Below, piece after piece: positions 135,008 to 146,275 of a stretch of 248,000 nt of DNA. Source of the DNA: Rhodosorus marinus CCMP1338. Lineage: Eukaryota; Plantae; Rhodophyta. The stretch lies in NCBI GenBank assembly GCA_029953675.1, contig JAMWBK010000004.1, forward strand, positions 1,012,001-1,260,000, given 5' to 3'. Within the stretch, counting starts at the first letter, position 1; every line of letters starts with the position of its first letter. The notes under the pieces are model-generated. The model did no database searches. It saw only the letters and a list, made by a program, of their open reading frames with translations, and had not been told where the DNA came from. The position numbers and the translations under genes are program-made.

Positions 135008-137068
135008 TTAGCTACTGGGGATTGGAGTGGGTTCAGGTCTCAGCTTTCCAAAGTCACGGCTCCGCACGCAATCAGATGCGTTCGTCCTGTTTGCTAGGAC
135101 GCAACAAGAGGAACCCTCGCATTCGTCTATCTCGAGGACAACTGTTGTTGACCAACCGCCGCTGTCAGGGTACGAGACTGTGACCTTGGGTGTTTTCCTG
135201 GCGGTGAGCTTCTCGAGGTTGTAGTAGACGATAAAGGTTCCGAAAAAGTTGCCGTCGCTGAACTTTTTGTAACCCCCAGCAACGTCTGCGCTGAAGGAGT
135301 TGGGTGAGATCCGAACGTCATTGACGTAGACGTCGGGTTTTTCTTCTCTTCCGACGGGCCGGGAGTGGGAGATCCGAATCGCTGCGACGCCTCCTTTAGT
135401 ACTCGGCAGCTCACGGAAGTAGTAGTGCACTTTCTGATTCTTCTTAATCGGCGCCGGGAAATCCACCTTTTCGTTCTTGTGGTCCCTGACGAACGCTGAA
135501 TAGTTCTTGGTCCTCCTGATCCTCCTGAGATCGCGAGATGCCGTCTTAAACTTGACCTCGATCACAGTCATCTCGAACTTGTCCAAGCTGATGCTTTGTG
135601 GGAGCCTTAGGCTCTTCCCATTCGTCGCTACCTCGCTCGTAACCTTCCAGTTAATGCTGCCACCCACGACAATGTTCTGACGGCGCTCCTCCGAGGTGCG
135701 GCTCTTCCTGTTAATTCGAAGTCGTCGGCGCTCCCATTTCTTGAGCTCATCCCTTCCATGCGGAAACTCAAAGTTTAGCTCTGCCTCCTTGTCGTCAAGG
135801 TTCTGCATTATGATGTAGCCCCTATTCTTAGTCGCCAAGGCGTGGACAGTGAGCTGAACGTTGTCCGAACTTGAGTAGACAAACTTCCCGTCCATGCCCT
135901 TGAGCAGCTCAAAGTACCGCACAAGGTTGGAGAACTCGACACTGCCGTCATCCGTCTCTTGGATAAGGCTCCACGGGTAAGGGTTTCCGTTCTTGATGTT
136001 TCTGTGGTTCTGGTTCTCCAGGTTGAGGAAGGTGATAACCTGAAGCAGGTTGTTGGGGATCCTCATCATCGTCATCAGAACTTTCATCGCCTCGCCCATG
136101 ATAGAGAAGTCCCTCGAAGGCAGCGGTGGCGCGGCGTAGCCCCTATTGCGGTTGTACCAGGAGGCCACGTATTGTCCCATCTCGCTGACCAAGTAGGGCT
136201 GTGGCTTCCCATCATCGCTGATCATTGAACTGTAAGTTTCGACGAGGTCGAGGTTGGCCTCACCATAGGAGCCCCCAACATTGTAGACGTGCTCGGAGAT
136301 GAAGCCTTGACACCCGCCTTTTGCTGCAGTATCCATATAGACCTTCATCCGCCTCCTGAACATGTCAAAATTTTCGAAGGACGGGCGTACGAACTCGTTT
136401 ACCGGACCACCGGTCAACATCTTTGTGTGCTTGTTCACCTCCTTGCAGAGGTCGGTACAGAGCTCGGATACCCTCGTGATATACTCCCGCTGACTCTCTC
136501 CTTTATTCCTGAGTTTGGAAAACTTTCCCATGGGCTCGTTGAAACACTCGTAGTAGTTGGGAAGGAGTAGTGTGTCGTCGAAGTAGTACTTGAAGAAATA
136601 GCCAGCGTACGTGATGGCCCTCGAACGCGTCTGTGCGGTCTCCGTGATCTCTGGGATCTTATACGGATCATCAGTGACCACCCTTTGCCCGCTGAGGAAT
136701 CGAAACTGGTAAGTATTGCAATCCTCGCATTGCTGGTCGTTAAGATCAATCTCTCCGTTCGTCTGCACTGCGGACTGTGTCGTGTCTTCCGGGAACGTCG
136801 CCTCCTTGAACGGTCCTTTCGTTGAACGGCTGAAGGACACATGAAGCGTAGTAGTCAAGTAGTCCATCATATCTTGAGGCACCACCTTTGGATCCCTCCT
136901 AAACGAGCCGTGCCCATTAACATACGTCCTCCTCGAGAAATTCTCAACGTTCCCTGTCCGAAGTGTCGTTCCAAAATCAACCCTTACATTGGCCTCGTAC
137001 GATTTGGCCCCTATGACACTCGCAAGCAGTGCCGATACCGCAACCAGAAACAGTCCAAACAGCTTCAT
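135008..137068 (-). CDS. Secreted GH86 beta-porphyranase/agarase-like glycoside hydrolase, copy 2
   Basis: Highly similar paralog of copy 1 with the same catalytic motifs and a signal peptide. Confidence 0.82.
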   Translation of the reverse strand: MKLFGLFLVAVSALLASVIGAKSYEANVRVDFGTTLRTGNVENFSRRTYVNGHGSFRRDPKVVPQDMMDYLTTTLHVSFSRSTKGPFKEATFPEDTTQSAVQTNGEIDLNDQQCEDCNTYQFRFLSGQRVVTDDPYKIPEITETAQTRSRAITYAGYFFKYYFDDTLLLPNYYECFNEPMGKFSKLRNKGESQREYITRVSELCTDLCKEVNKHTKMLTGGPVNEFVRPSFENFDMFRRRMKVYMDTAAKGGCQGFISEHVYNVGGSYGEANLDLVETYSSMISDDGKPQPYLVSEMGQYVASWYNRNRGYAAPPLPSRDFSIMGEAMKVLMTMMRIPNNLLQVITFLNLENQNHRNIKNGNPYPWSLIQETDDGSVEFSNLVRYFELLKGMDGKFVYSSSDNVQLTVHALATKNRGYIIMQNLDDKEAELNFEFPHGRDELKKWERRRLRINRKSRTSEERRQNIVVGGSINWKVTSEVATNGKSLRLPQSISLDKFEMTVIEVKFKTASRDLRRIRRTKNYSAFVRDHKNEKVDFPAPIKKNQKVHYYFRELPSTKGGVAAIRISHSRPVGREEKPDVYVNDVRISPNSFSADVAGGYKKFSDGNFFGTFIVYYNLEKLTARKTPKVTVSYPDSGGWSTTVVLEIDECEGSSCCVLANRTNASDCVRSRDFGKLRPEPTPIPSS

Positions 137069-139683
137069 CTTTCGTATCTTCTATTTTGTCCTCGATGCAC
137101 GGTTCTCCGCTTTGTTCACAACTCGAGCAAGTTTCCACTCCCAAATGCCTTGTAATATGGAGCTATTTATACCGCACTAATCGTCCCATTCTCGTCCAGG
137201 TGGATGTTGGAACGGACAGTGCTCCTTGTACCCGGTTTTGCGAAGAATTCACAGCACGGTGAAGGAACTTTTCACAATTGATTTGAGCAATTTACTTCAC
137301 GGGGCTGTGAAGATTAGGCAAAGGTCAATGGATTCTAAATTGAGAGTGAACAACAGACGATTCTTCTACTCCCCGGTGGTAGCTTGCTACCATCGACAGA
137401 AATTCGGTGGTATGGATGTATTCTAGGGTTGTCCATGGAGGTACTTGTTTCTCAAGCTGCAATCACCTACCTCTTCCTCATGGGGCCTGGTACAGGAGAA
137501 CCGACTGGCTGAGTGTCGGACGGCCCCCGTTGGCTCTCTCTGGATAAAATTTTTCCAGTACACACACGTCATCCTCAGCCTTGCGGGGCGGAAACGACCG
137601 CACCCTATAGATCAACTCCTCGGTCATCTACAAGTCCGTTTTACGCCGTCAGCATTTATTTTGGAAAACGTCTTCCTCATCCTTCGCCTGCAGGACAGAC
137701 CATCCACGCTCCGCCTCCGCCCTTCTGGCGTCCGTACCGCCCTCAAACCCGATGCCGCCCTGAAACAGAAGAAAACCATTCCAAAGTTCGCCCCCAAACT
137801 CCGTCATTGGTCGTCTAATACCACAGTCTGTCATCCCTGTACTGAAGATATCTATTTTTAGGTCTCCTAAAACGCCTTATTTTTTGTCCAGTAATTTCAA
137901 TCCACGTGTCCATTCCGCAAAATCAATTGTGCTGGAAAATATTCTAATATTTCATGACGTGATCTGTACAACGGTGAAAAACAAACGAACTATTAAACGT
138001 GGATTGACGAAAGCTCCATTTCTCTTTGACGGGTGAAATACATAGAAAATTAGTGTTTTTTTGCATCAGTTTAGTCGCAGATACTTTCCAATCAGAATTA
138101 TTATTAAAACTACTGTTAGTGTGGAGGTTGTCTTGTCGATTTTCCGAGCTAATTTCTCTAGGAAAGGAAAACAAGAGCGGGCAAATGCATCTTTTTCTTC
138201 CAAAAATGGGTTGGCAAACGGCAGAAAAAGCGAGGTATATATTAAACATATTCATTCATTTGTATGAGAAAGATAGAAGTTTATTTCCAGTTTGGAAGAA
138301 AGCCCACAAAACTGGAATTAAACTATAAAAGTAGATCCATTCATACATTAATACGTGTCCTTTTAGTTTCTCGGGGGGGGGGTAGAACTTGGATATTTAT
138401 ATCCATCTATTTTTGTCCAGAACGGTTGTGCTAAATTTAGGTTTTGTAGGTAATTAAATTGAAGCGTCTGAAACTGTTCTAAAAGTTTGACTTTTTCTAT
138501 CCTTTGAAGTGAGGGAGAGGAAATTGGAGAATTGTGCTAACAGGCGTACTGGGGAAAAGGTACATTATCGAATGCTCTCCTGATGGTCCTCCCAAGCAAG
138601 TTAGACTCAAAGCAGGGTTTGTATACGTGTGGGAGGAAAACTCGTTGGTGAACTTTTATAGGACGAACCCAATCAACGTGGTTGCTGAGTGACTGGACTT
138701 AGGCTTTCGGCCTTGGGTGAGTTTTTGGTTCGCTACGGTAGGTAGCTGCTGAATATAGGCTACTGGGGTATTGACAATGTACTAAACGTGTCTCGCGAGT
138801 ACTAAAACATGAAGAATACAATCAGGATAGACACTCGCAGTTCGCCGGGGCAAAACGGCAATACTATTCAGGCCCGGGTAGGGTTAGGTTTTTGGACGCA
138901 TGAGTCGGCCTGAACGGTTTCCTAGAAGTCCTAAAACCTCAGAGCAATGGATAGGAGGATATTTGACATACCTCCCATGACGTGGAGGAGGTAATAGAAG
139001 TAAGAGTGGAAGCAACGAATGACGGTTGGAAATGCAAAGAATAAATGTACAGTCACCTTAATTTGGCAACAAAAATTGGACCTACTTCCCACTTGTTCTC
139101 GTTTTGCTCGGTTGTAGCTCCTGCTTTGAATGGTGAGGAGACATCTGCAGAAGAGACACGCATTCTACTTGGAGCTTTCACTGCCTTGTCTTCTCTGTGC
139201 TCGGTTTTCTTAGCGCCACCGTCCGTGGACGATGGACACGCTCTAGAATTCGAGCTTGTCGTTCTCAGTGATTTCTTGGGTGTGGTGAATGTGGAACAGA
139301 TCAGTTTAATCTGAGGTCAAGGTCGACGAATGAGGTAAGGCGGAGAGGTTGCAGAGAGCCCATCTGCAGAGCTAGGGCAGTGTTACAGTACATATAATTG
139401 CTTTTAACAGATTGATTCCAGTATAAACCTGTCGCGTGCTCCCCTGAAGATCCAAGTAAACGTTTTCGGCATCGAGAGAGGTTATGGTATAAGCAAGGTG
139501 GTAACAGGGCCATAGGGCGATAGATCCAGCCCTATGTAGGTTTCGATAGGGCACCGCCATAGTGAAAAGAATTCATGGGGTACCCTTCGACTCTGAACAA
139601 TTTTCATAGGCATCGGGCAATTTTTAATGCTATATCATTGCCCAATGCGGTGTATATATTTCTAATTCATGCCTTTATGGTAA

Positions 139684-142600
139684 ATGATGAACGCCGTGTA
139701 GCCGACCTGGTGATCACCTGTGACGACAGCCGCCGTACCACATACGTTGACCTTGCTGTTCCTAATCCTCAAGCTAGTCGTTATCTCCCGGCTGCGGGGG
139801 AGCGCCGTGGATCTGCCGCCGCCAGTATGAGACGCCGCAAAGAGATCAAATACGCGGGGGCTTTGTCTTCCCCTGGTGTTCGTGCTTCGGCACTAGCACA
139901 TCGCTTGGTACCCCTGATCATTGAGTGCTTTGGGTTCATGGACTCTGTTGGTTCTCGCTGGCTTCGGGAGTTGTTCCGCGAACGCCCTGACCGTCTTCAA
140001 TCGTTGTTTACCCGCTTAAGTTTCCTGCTGTGGCGCATGAATGCCGCTTTGATGTTGGAGGCGCGAGTTCTTCGCCGCACTTAGTCTTTTTTTCCCCTCG
140101 GGGTTTTTTCTTTCAGCCTCCGATTAAACCATTCGTTCGTTCGTATGGTTGTATTGTTTTTGTTGGTAGAATAGGCTATTTGAAGTGCATTCGTATTATG
140201 AAGAAAAAGCAGTGCCCTATCTACATGTGGTTTGTGATAGTTTATGGTGTTGGGTTGGGTGGGTTTTTGGTTATCATAGTGTTTGTTCGTGGGAGGCGCT
140301 GTCTTCCGTCGTCTTTCCCCGACTTTTTTTTTGTGTGTGGCTTGTCGGCGGGCTTTCTCTCCTTCTCTTGGGTTGTGGTGGAGGTTTCGGGGTGCTTTGT
140401 ATTGGGTAATAGCCAGTTTTTGTGGGGCTTTTGTGGTGAAATTTCTTCTCGCCACACTCTTTTGTGATAGCTGGGGTCTCCCCACCTCTTCCGGTGGCCG
140501 GTGCTGCCGTATCTCCGCTCGTGGAGCTGCGCGTGAGCGCATTCAGCACCCAGGCCACTGTCAGCAACTGCGACGAAGCGTCGTCGCACGTACTCGTCTC
140601 AAAACTGACCAGTCTTCTTCTCGTTGCTTCGCAGGGGAACACCCCGCTGACGGCGTACCTGGAGAACTTTCCTGCTAACGCGGGTGCCTCTGTCCTCCCC
140701 CCCATCGCTCCTGCTGGGGGGAGCTCTGCACCCCGCCCTGTGGCCGGTGCTGCCGTATCTCCGCTCGTGGAGCTGCGCGTGAGCGCATTCAGCACCCAGG
140801 CCACTGTCAGCAACTGCGACGAAGCGTCGTCGCACGTACTCGTCTCAAAACTGACCAGTCTTCTTCTCGTTGCTTCGCAGGGGAACACCCCCGCTGACGG
140901 CGTACCTGGAGAACCTTTCTGCTAACGCGGGTGCCTCTGTCCTCCCCCCCATCGCTCCTGCTGGGGGGAGCTCTGCACCCCGCCCTGCCTTCAGTCGTCC
141001 GGCGCTATCCGGCCTGGCCATCTCTCCTAATTCTGCTGTACCGAACCAAATATCTGGCCAAAACCCCCCTGGTCTTTCCTTGGGACTGAATCCTGCCTCT
141101 GCGAGTGTCTCTTGGCCCTCCTATTCCCAACTCCTTCGTCGTGGCTCCTCGGAAGAACGCACGACGGCCATGGTGCGTATGATTCCTTACCCCGTGGCCA
141201 CTCCTGCATTCTCTCGCCCGCTCTCTCCGTATCATCTCGTCTGGATGACGAACATGCACCCCCAGACCCCTTCTCGTGGTCGGGGTCGAGCGCCGGTTCA
141301 CTACCGTGATTTCCCCGGTACGATGGTCCCCTCGCTTGGTGTCCCTCCATCTGAGTTCCTCTATGTGCATTTCACTGGACATCATGCCTGTTTCCCGTCA
141401 CAGAGTCGGCTTATCAATTCCTTACCTCGCTTGTCGCCACTCCCCCTGAGCCTCAGCGCTCTGCCCTTGCCAACATGATACTGAGTCGTGCCCACGTCTC
141501 ATTGTATGTTGAGTTTGACCGCTTCGACGCAGGCTGGGTTCCCCCGTCGGCGCTGCGCGGCCACCCTGCCACGCAAGCTCCTGCTATCGCGCCAAACTCA
141601 TTCGGCGCGACTTTCACGCATCCAGTCGAGCCTCTTTGCCCGTTTCCCCCCCCGGTGGTGTTCTCCGCTCGGCGTTGGAGGACTTCCTCTCAGCTGAGGC
141701 CGCCCTGATGGAAGTTCATCCGGCCTTTGAGCTCTCCAAAGCGACTCCTGACCGCCACTCCTCGCCTCCTCCGGCAGCTGCAGTTCCTGATGCCAACATG
141801 TCGGCGGCCACATCGTGCTCTCCGAATCCGCTGGCTTTGGACACCCTCAGCGAGGACTCCGTTCCTGAAAATTCTGTATCTGCATTCTTTTGGTCCTTTA
141901 GTTCCTTCGCTCGTCCACCCGTAAGCGCCGCGCCGCCGCTGAGTCACCCTCAGAGGGCCTCCCACCGGATACCCGGTAACGCCTCCCCGACTGAATGTAG
142001 GCCTGATATCTGTGTCCTCTTCCCCCGCCCGTGTGTCACCCGTGTCTGTCCTGTTCGCCGATGCCTCCTCCACCTGGCGCGAGCGTCTTTTCTCGTGGTT
142101 CTCTGACCTTGTCGCCTCCTTACCGGGTGGTGCCATTCCCTTGTGCCGTCAGAGCCCAGCTGTACGACTCCCTCGTCGTCTGCACACGCCTCTCGCGTTG
142201 GTGTTGGATTTTTATAACAGGAAGTTTCCGATCACCCTCAATGCTCTCTTCGCTGGGATCTCCTTTCTTTTTTCCTCGCCTCGTGCTCACTTTCTGGGAT
142301 CTCCTTTCTTTTTTCCTCGCCTCGTGCTCACTTTCTCTACTGTCTCGAGCCTTTCGCCTTCCCGCCGTATCCACCCTCGGCGCAAGATGCATTTGTTCCT
142401 CTCCGGTGACTTTGCAGAGCTCGAACGTCTCTACTTCGCTTCCCTCTCTTCATGTCCCCCTTCAGACTTCAGGTCTAGTCGCCAACAACGGGCGCGTCAC
142501 GCTGTGGCATGCGGTGATCTCCGGAGGGCTGCCGGTATCCTCCAGCAACGGCAACCTGTGGTCGAGTATTCTGACAATCTTGTTTCTCCGCTACGCTCGC

Positions 142601-144330
142601 TTTTTCCCGCAGCAGGCTCTGGGTGGGACCCGTCTTTTGACGCGGTGCTGGAAGCGTTCCAAGTAACGTCCAATGAAGATGAGCGGCTGGTGGTCACCTC
142701 GGAGGCTGTGCGTGAGCTGATCCAGTCTGCTCCAATGCGTCGTTCTCCTGGGCCCTCAGGTTTGTCGCTGGAATACCTCCGTTTTTTGGGTGAGGACGGT
142801 ATGAAAGTGTTTTCGTCCGTGTTGGAGGGAATCGTCAATGGCGATCCTTTTTGTGATCGCGCATGGTTTGGCCAGGACGGGCGCAGCTATTTTGGCTCTC
142901 CAAGTCGGGTCACACTGCTTGGACTCCAGCACTTCGCCCTATTGGCATGGTGGAAGTGGTCCGTAAACTGCCAGCTCCGTGGTTGGTCCAGATTTTGGTC
143001 CTCGAATCCCCTCGCTTTTTTGGACAAGCGCAGTTAGGCGTGGGCTATCGTGGCGGCTGTGAATTTGCTATCCATACTTCTTCGCTCGGACCTGGCCTCC
143101 TCGCCGGATTACCGGTTATCATCTGTAGACCTTGTAATGCTTTAATCGAGTCTCTCGACTAGCCATTATGCATGTGGTGCGCGAGGTCTTCCGGGTAGCT
143201 TTTCCCTTTTTTAGCAGTCTTTACTCTTTGATGGGTCAAGAGCCAACTTATGACACCCCCCCTCGGCCCTTCCTCGCACTCCTTCGAGGCGCGGACCGGG
143301 GTTCAACAGGGTGACCCGTTGGCGCCTTTTTTGCACGCCTGTAGGCTTCAAGTCGTTTGCTTGGCCTGCGTTCAGAGGTCCCAGAGGTCCGCGCAGTGGG
143401 TTGCCACGATGACTCTGCCTCATTGGACCTCCAGGTACCCTCGCGGAGGCGTACGATCGTCTCCGCACACTGGCATCCCTCGTCGATCTCGAAATCAATC
143501 ATGCGAAGTTGTTCTACTCGGGAGGAGCGGATATTCAAGAGCATCAGGTCCCTGCGCGTTTCCAGTATATTTGGCGTAGGGGAGGTTTTGTTCATCTGGG
143601 CATCCCATATGGGTCCGCGTCTCTTGTGGAGGTTGAGTTGTCGCAGATTCTGAGTAAGCACCGGCAGTTGGTCTCGGAGCTCCGCCGGCTGCCTCGCGGC
143701 TTCTTGAAAGCCGCGGGGCAGCTCGTTGTGCTCGTTGTTGCTAATAGTTCCGCTCGCTCCCGACTCGCTGGGGCAACCCTTGCCAACAACGAAAGCTTTC
143801 GTGAGCTGGGATTCTTCTTAGATGAGGAGTTGGGTCATCTTCCGCGCCCCACCCGTGATATGGTTCGTGCCCTGTGACGATAGCCGCCGTACTACGTACG
143901 TTGATCTTGCTGTTCCTAATCCTCAGGCTGGTCGCTGTTTGCCGGCTGCGGGAGAGCGCCGTGGATTTGCTGCTGCCAATATTAGACATCGCAAAGAGTT
144001 GAAATATTCCGGGTCCTTATCTTCCCCAAGCATTCGTGCTTCGGCTCCAGCTCATCGCCTGGTACCTCTGGTCATTGAGTGCTTTTGTTTTATGGATTCC
144101 GTTGATTCTGGTTGGCTTCGGGAATTGTTCCGCGAACGCCCTGGCCGTCCGTCCTCGTTGTTTAGCCGTTTAAGTTTCTTGCTGTGGCGTATGAACGCTG
144201 CTTTGATGTTGGAGGCGCGCGGCCTTCGCCGCGCTTAGTCTTTTTTTTCCCCTCGGTTTTTTTTTTTCTGTTTTTTTTTTCTGTTTTTTTTCTTTTCAGC
144301 CTCCGATTGAACCAGTTCATTCATTCATTC
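139684..144330 (+). mobile_element. Young A 3' fragment followed by a degenerate full-length CRE A-subfamily copy (240-bp duplication in ORF1)
   Basis: ORFs 139575..140084, 140464..141478, 142012..143037 and 143822..144238. Confidence 0.85.
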
Positions 144331-144669
144331 AGTAAAAGCATCGTAGACAGTGTCTCTGGAAACTGACAACGTTGACTGAATACGCAATCGTTATTCTTTA
144401 TTTGATTGATCAAAAGAAAAGCCAGCTCGGTCAGAGAGAGAGCAGCTGAGCGAGGCGCTGAGTTGAGGGGGTGTTTGTCCTAAGCATTAGAGCTGATTTC
144501 AGCTTAACGGGTATCTGATTGTGCTAGAATAACAATCAGTATGCAACCCTTGGAATCTGCATCCACCCCGAAGACAGGGATGGTAGACGGGTCCCATCGC
144601 CACCGCGATGATGGTGATGCATCAGTCCCAAGGGGTGCTCGCATGTGGAGGGGTACCACATACAAAAAT

Positions 144670-145012
144670 ACGAGCAGAAAAAAGCGTAAAAGTGTAAAAA
144701 AGAGTAAAAAAGTGTGAAAAAGTGTGAAAAAGTGTGAAAAAGTGTGAAAAAGTGTGGAAAAGTGTAGAAAGTGTTAAAAGCGTAAAAGTGGAAAAAGTGT
144801 AAAAAAAGTGGAAAAAGTGGAAAAAGGAGAAAGTGGTAAAAAGTTGTAAAAAGTTGTAAAAAGTGGTAAAAAGTGGAAAAAGTGGAAAAAGTGGAAAAAG
144901 TGTAAAAAGTGTGAAAAGTGTAAAAAGTGTAAAAAGTGTAAAAAGTGTAAAAAGTGTGAAAAGTGTGAAAAGTGTGAAAAGTGTGAAAAGCGGGTAAAAG
145001 TGTAAAAAGTGT
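144670..145012 (+). repeat. (AAAAGTGTGA/AAAAGTGTAA/AAAAGTGG)n array
   Basis: Seen directly. Confidence 0.92.
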
Positions 145013-145390
145013 TTCACGTCCACACAAAATTTGAGTCCCCGGGGGGGGACTCAAATTTTGTGCGGCCATTGATCAGCCCAATCCAGCGTGTCGAAAATGG
145101 GTCCTCCTCTATATGTCTCTCCACGAAAGGAGGAGGAGTAGGTACAAAGCTGAAGTATGGCCAAGTTCATGGCACCGGAGGGTGTAATTTTTTTGACCAG
145201 GTTACGTTTTTACTGTAAACAAGCCTATTTTAGGGGGTATAACGCACAACATGCTCTCACGCGAAGTAGCGTATAGGGACTCTAGTATAACTGTTGAGCG
145301 TACTAGCATAACCACCATTGGATACGCGATCCACGCTGTACCCACTCCCGCCACAGGTACTCCCGTGAGGAAGGAGATCTGCGGTCTGCC

Positions 145391-146275
145391 CTACCAGTGT
145401 GGTGGCCCGTGGCGCTCGTTGGAGCACTTTAGAGGCGCAGAGCACTTGTAGTAGAAGTCCCACTTCGGGCAGACGTCGCCGGATGGGTATCCCCAGTATT
145501 CGGTGGTGTCGTAGTAGCACTTGTAGTACTTGTAGTACTTCCCATGGTAGTTGTAACTGGGGTAGTGCTTGCCGTGGCCGCCATACTTCCTGCTTGCGAG
145601 CTTGCCGGAGTACTTGTGGTACTTGTGGTGCTTATAATAGTAGTACTTCTTGCCGTACTTGTCGTAGTAGTACCTGTCGTAGCCGTAGTAGCCGTACTTG
145701 TCATGCTTGTACTTCTTGTAGTAATCATAGTACTTGTAGTACTTGTCGTAGACGCCATATTTGTCGTGGTAGTCGTAGTAGTACTTGCAGACGTATTTCT
145801 TCACGTCTACCTTGAAATAGAGACAGATATCCGAGTTGCAGCACCCGGTATCGCCATATGCGTAGAAGGTATCCAGACAGACGTAGAGTGTGTGCCCGTA
145901 GTAACCCTTGACGGTGTACGGTTTCTCGACCGGTTTCGAGCAATCCGAGCTGGCGCCAGCGTACAATCCCGTGAATTTGTACTTGTCGGCAGCGTAGAAC
146001 TTGAAGGCAATACAAGTCTTGTGCTTGTACCACACAATAGAGACGCACACGTAGCCAACCTTGGTCGTGCCGTCAATGTAGAGCTCGTAGCACTTCTTAT
146101 TCTTGTAATCATACAGGAATACGTATTTGTACATGTCTGCATAGTAGCTGCAGAGATGCTTCTTCGGAGGAGGGGGACCACCCGCCCTCAATGATACGTT
146201 CTCAGTCAAACTTGCGTCCTGGGCAAAAGCCATGCCCAGGACTGCCAGAACCGCAACAATCGCCACTGCCTTCAT
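145391..146275 (-). CDS. Secreted Tyr/Lys/His-rich protein built on the shared Cys-rich domain
   Basis: Signal peptide MKAVAIVAVLAVLGMAFA; CYEL..VGYVC..CIAFKF..DC..VC..CC; a Y/K/H tract; CSAPLKC. Confidence 0.85.
   Translation of the reverse strand: MKAVAIVAVLAVLGMAFAQDASLTENVSLRAGGPPPPKKHLCSYYADMYKYVFLYDYKNKKCYELYIDGTTKVGYVCVSIVWYKHKTCIAFKFYAADKYKFTGLYAGASSDCSKPVEKPYTVKGYYGHTLYVCLDTFYAYGDTGCCNSDICLYFKVDVKKYVCKYYYDYHDKYGVYDKYYKYYDYYKKYKHDKYGYYGYDRYYYDKYGKKYYYYKHHKYHKYSGKLASRKYGGHGKHYPSYNYHGKYYKYYKCYYDTTEYWGYPSGDVCPKWDFYYKCSAPLKCSNERHGPPHW

Noticed and set aside
129764-137068. Bacterial contamination as the source of GH86, sulfatase, GSDH and RTX genes
   Set aside because: The genes are interleaved with the host retroelement families, lack operon structure and share host-specific domains; read-level confirmation is still advisable.
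145399-146194. Long overlapping ORFs on other frames and strands of the Tyr-rich gene
   Set aside because: They are shadows of biased codon usage in the real CDS.
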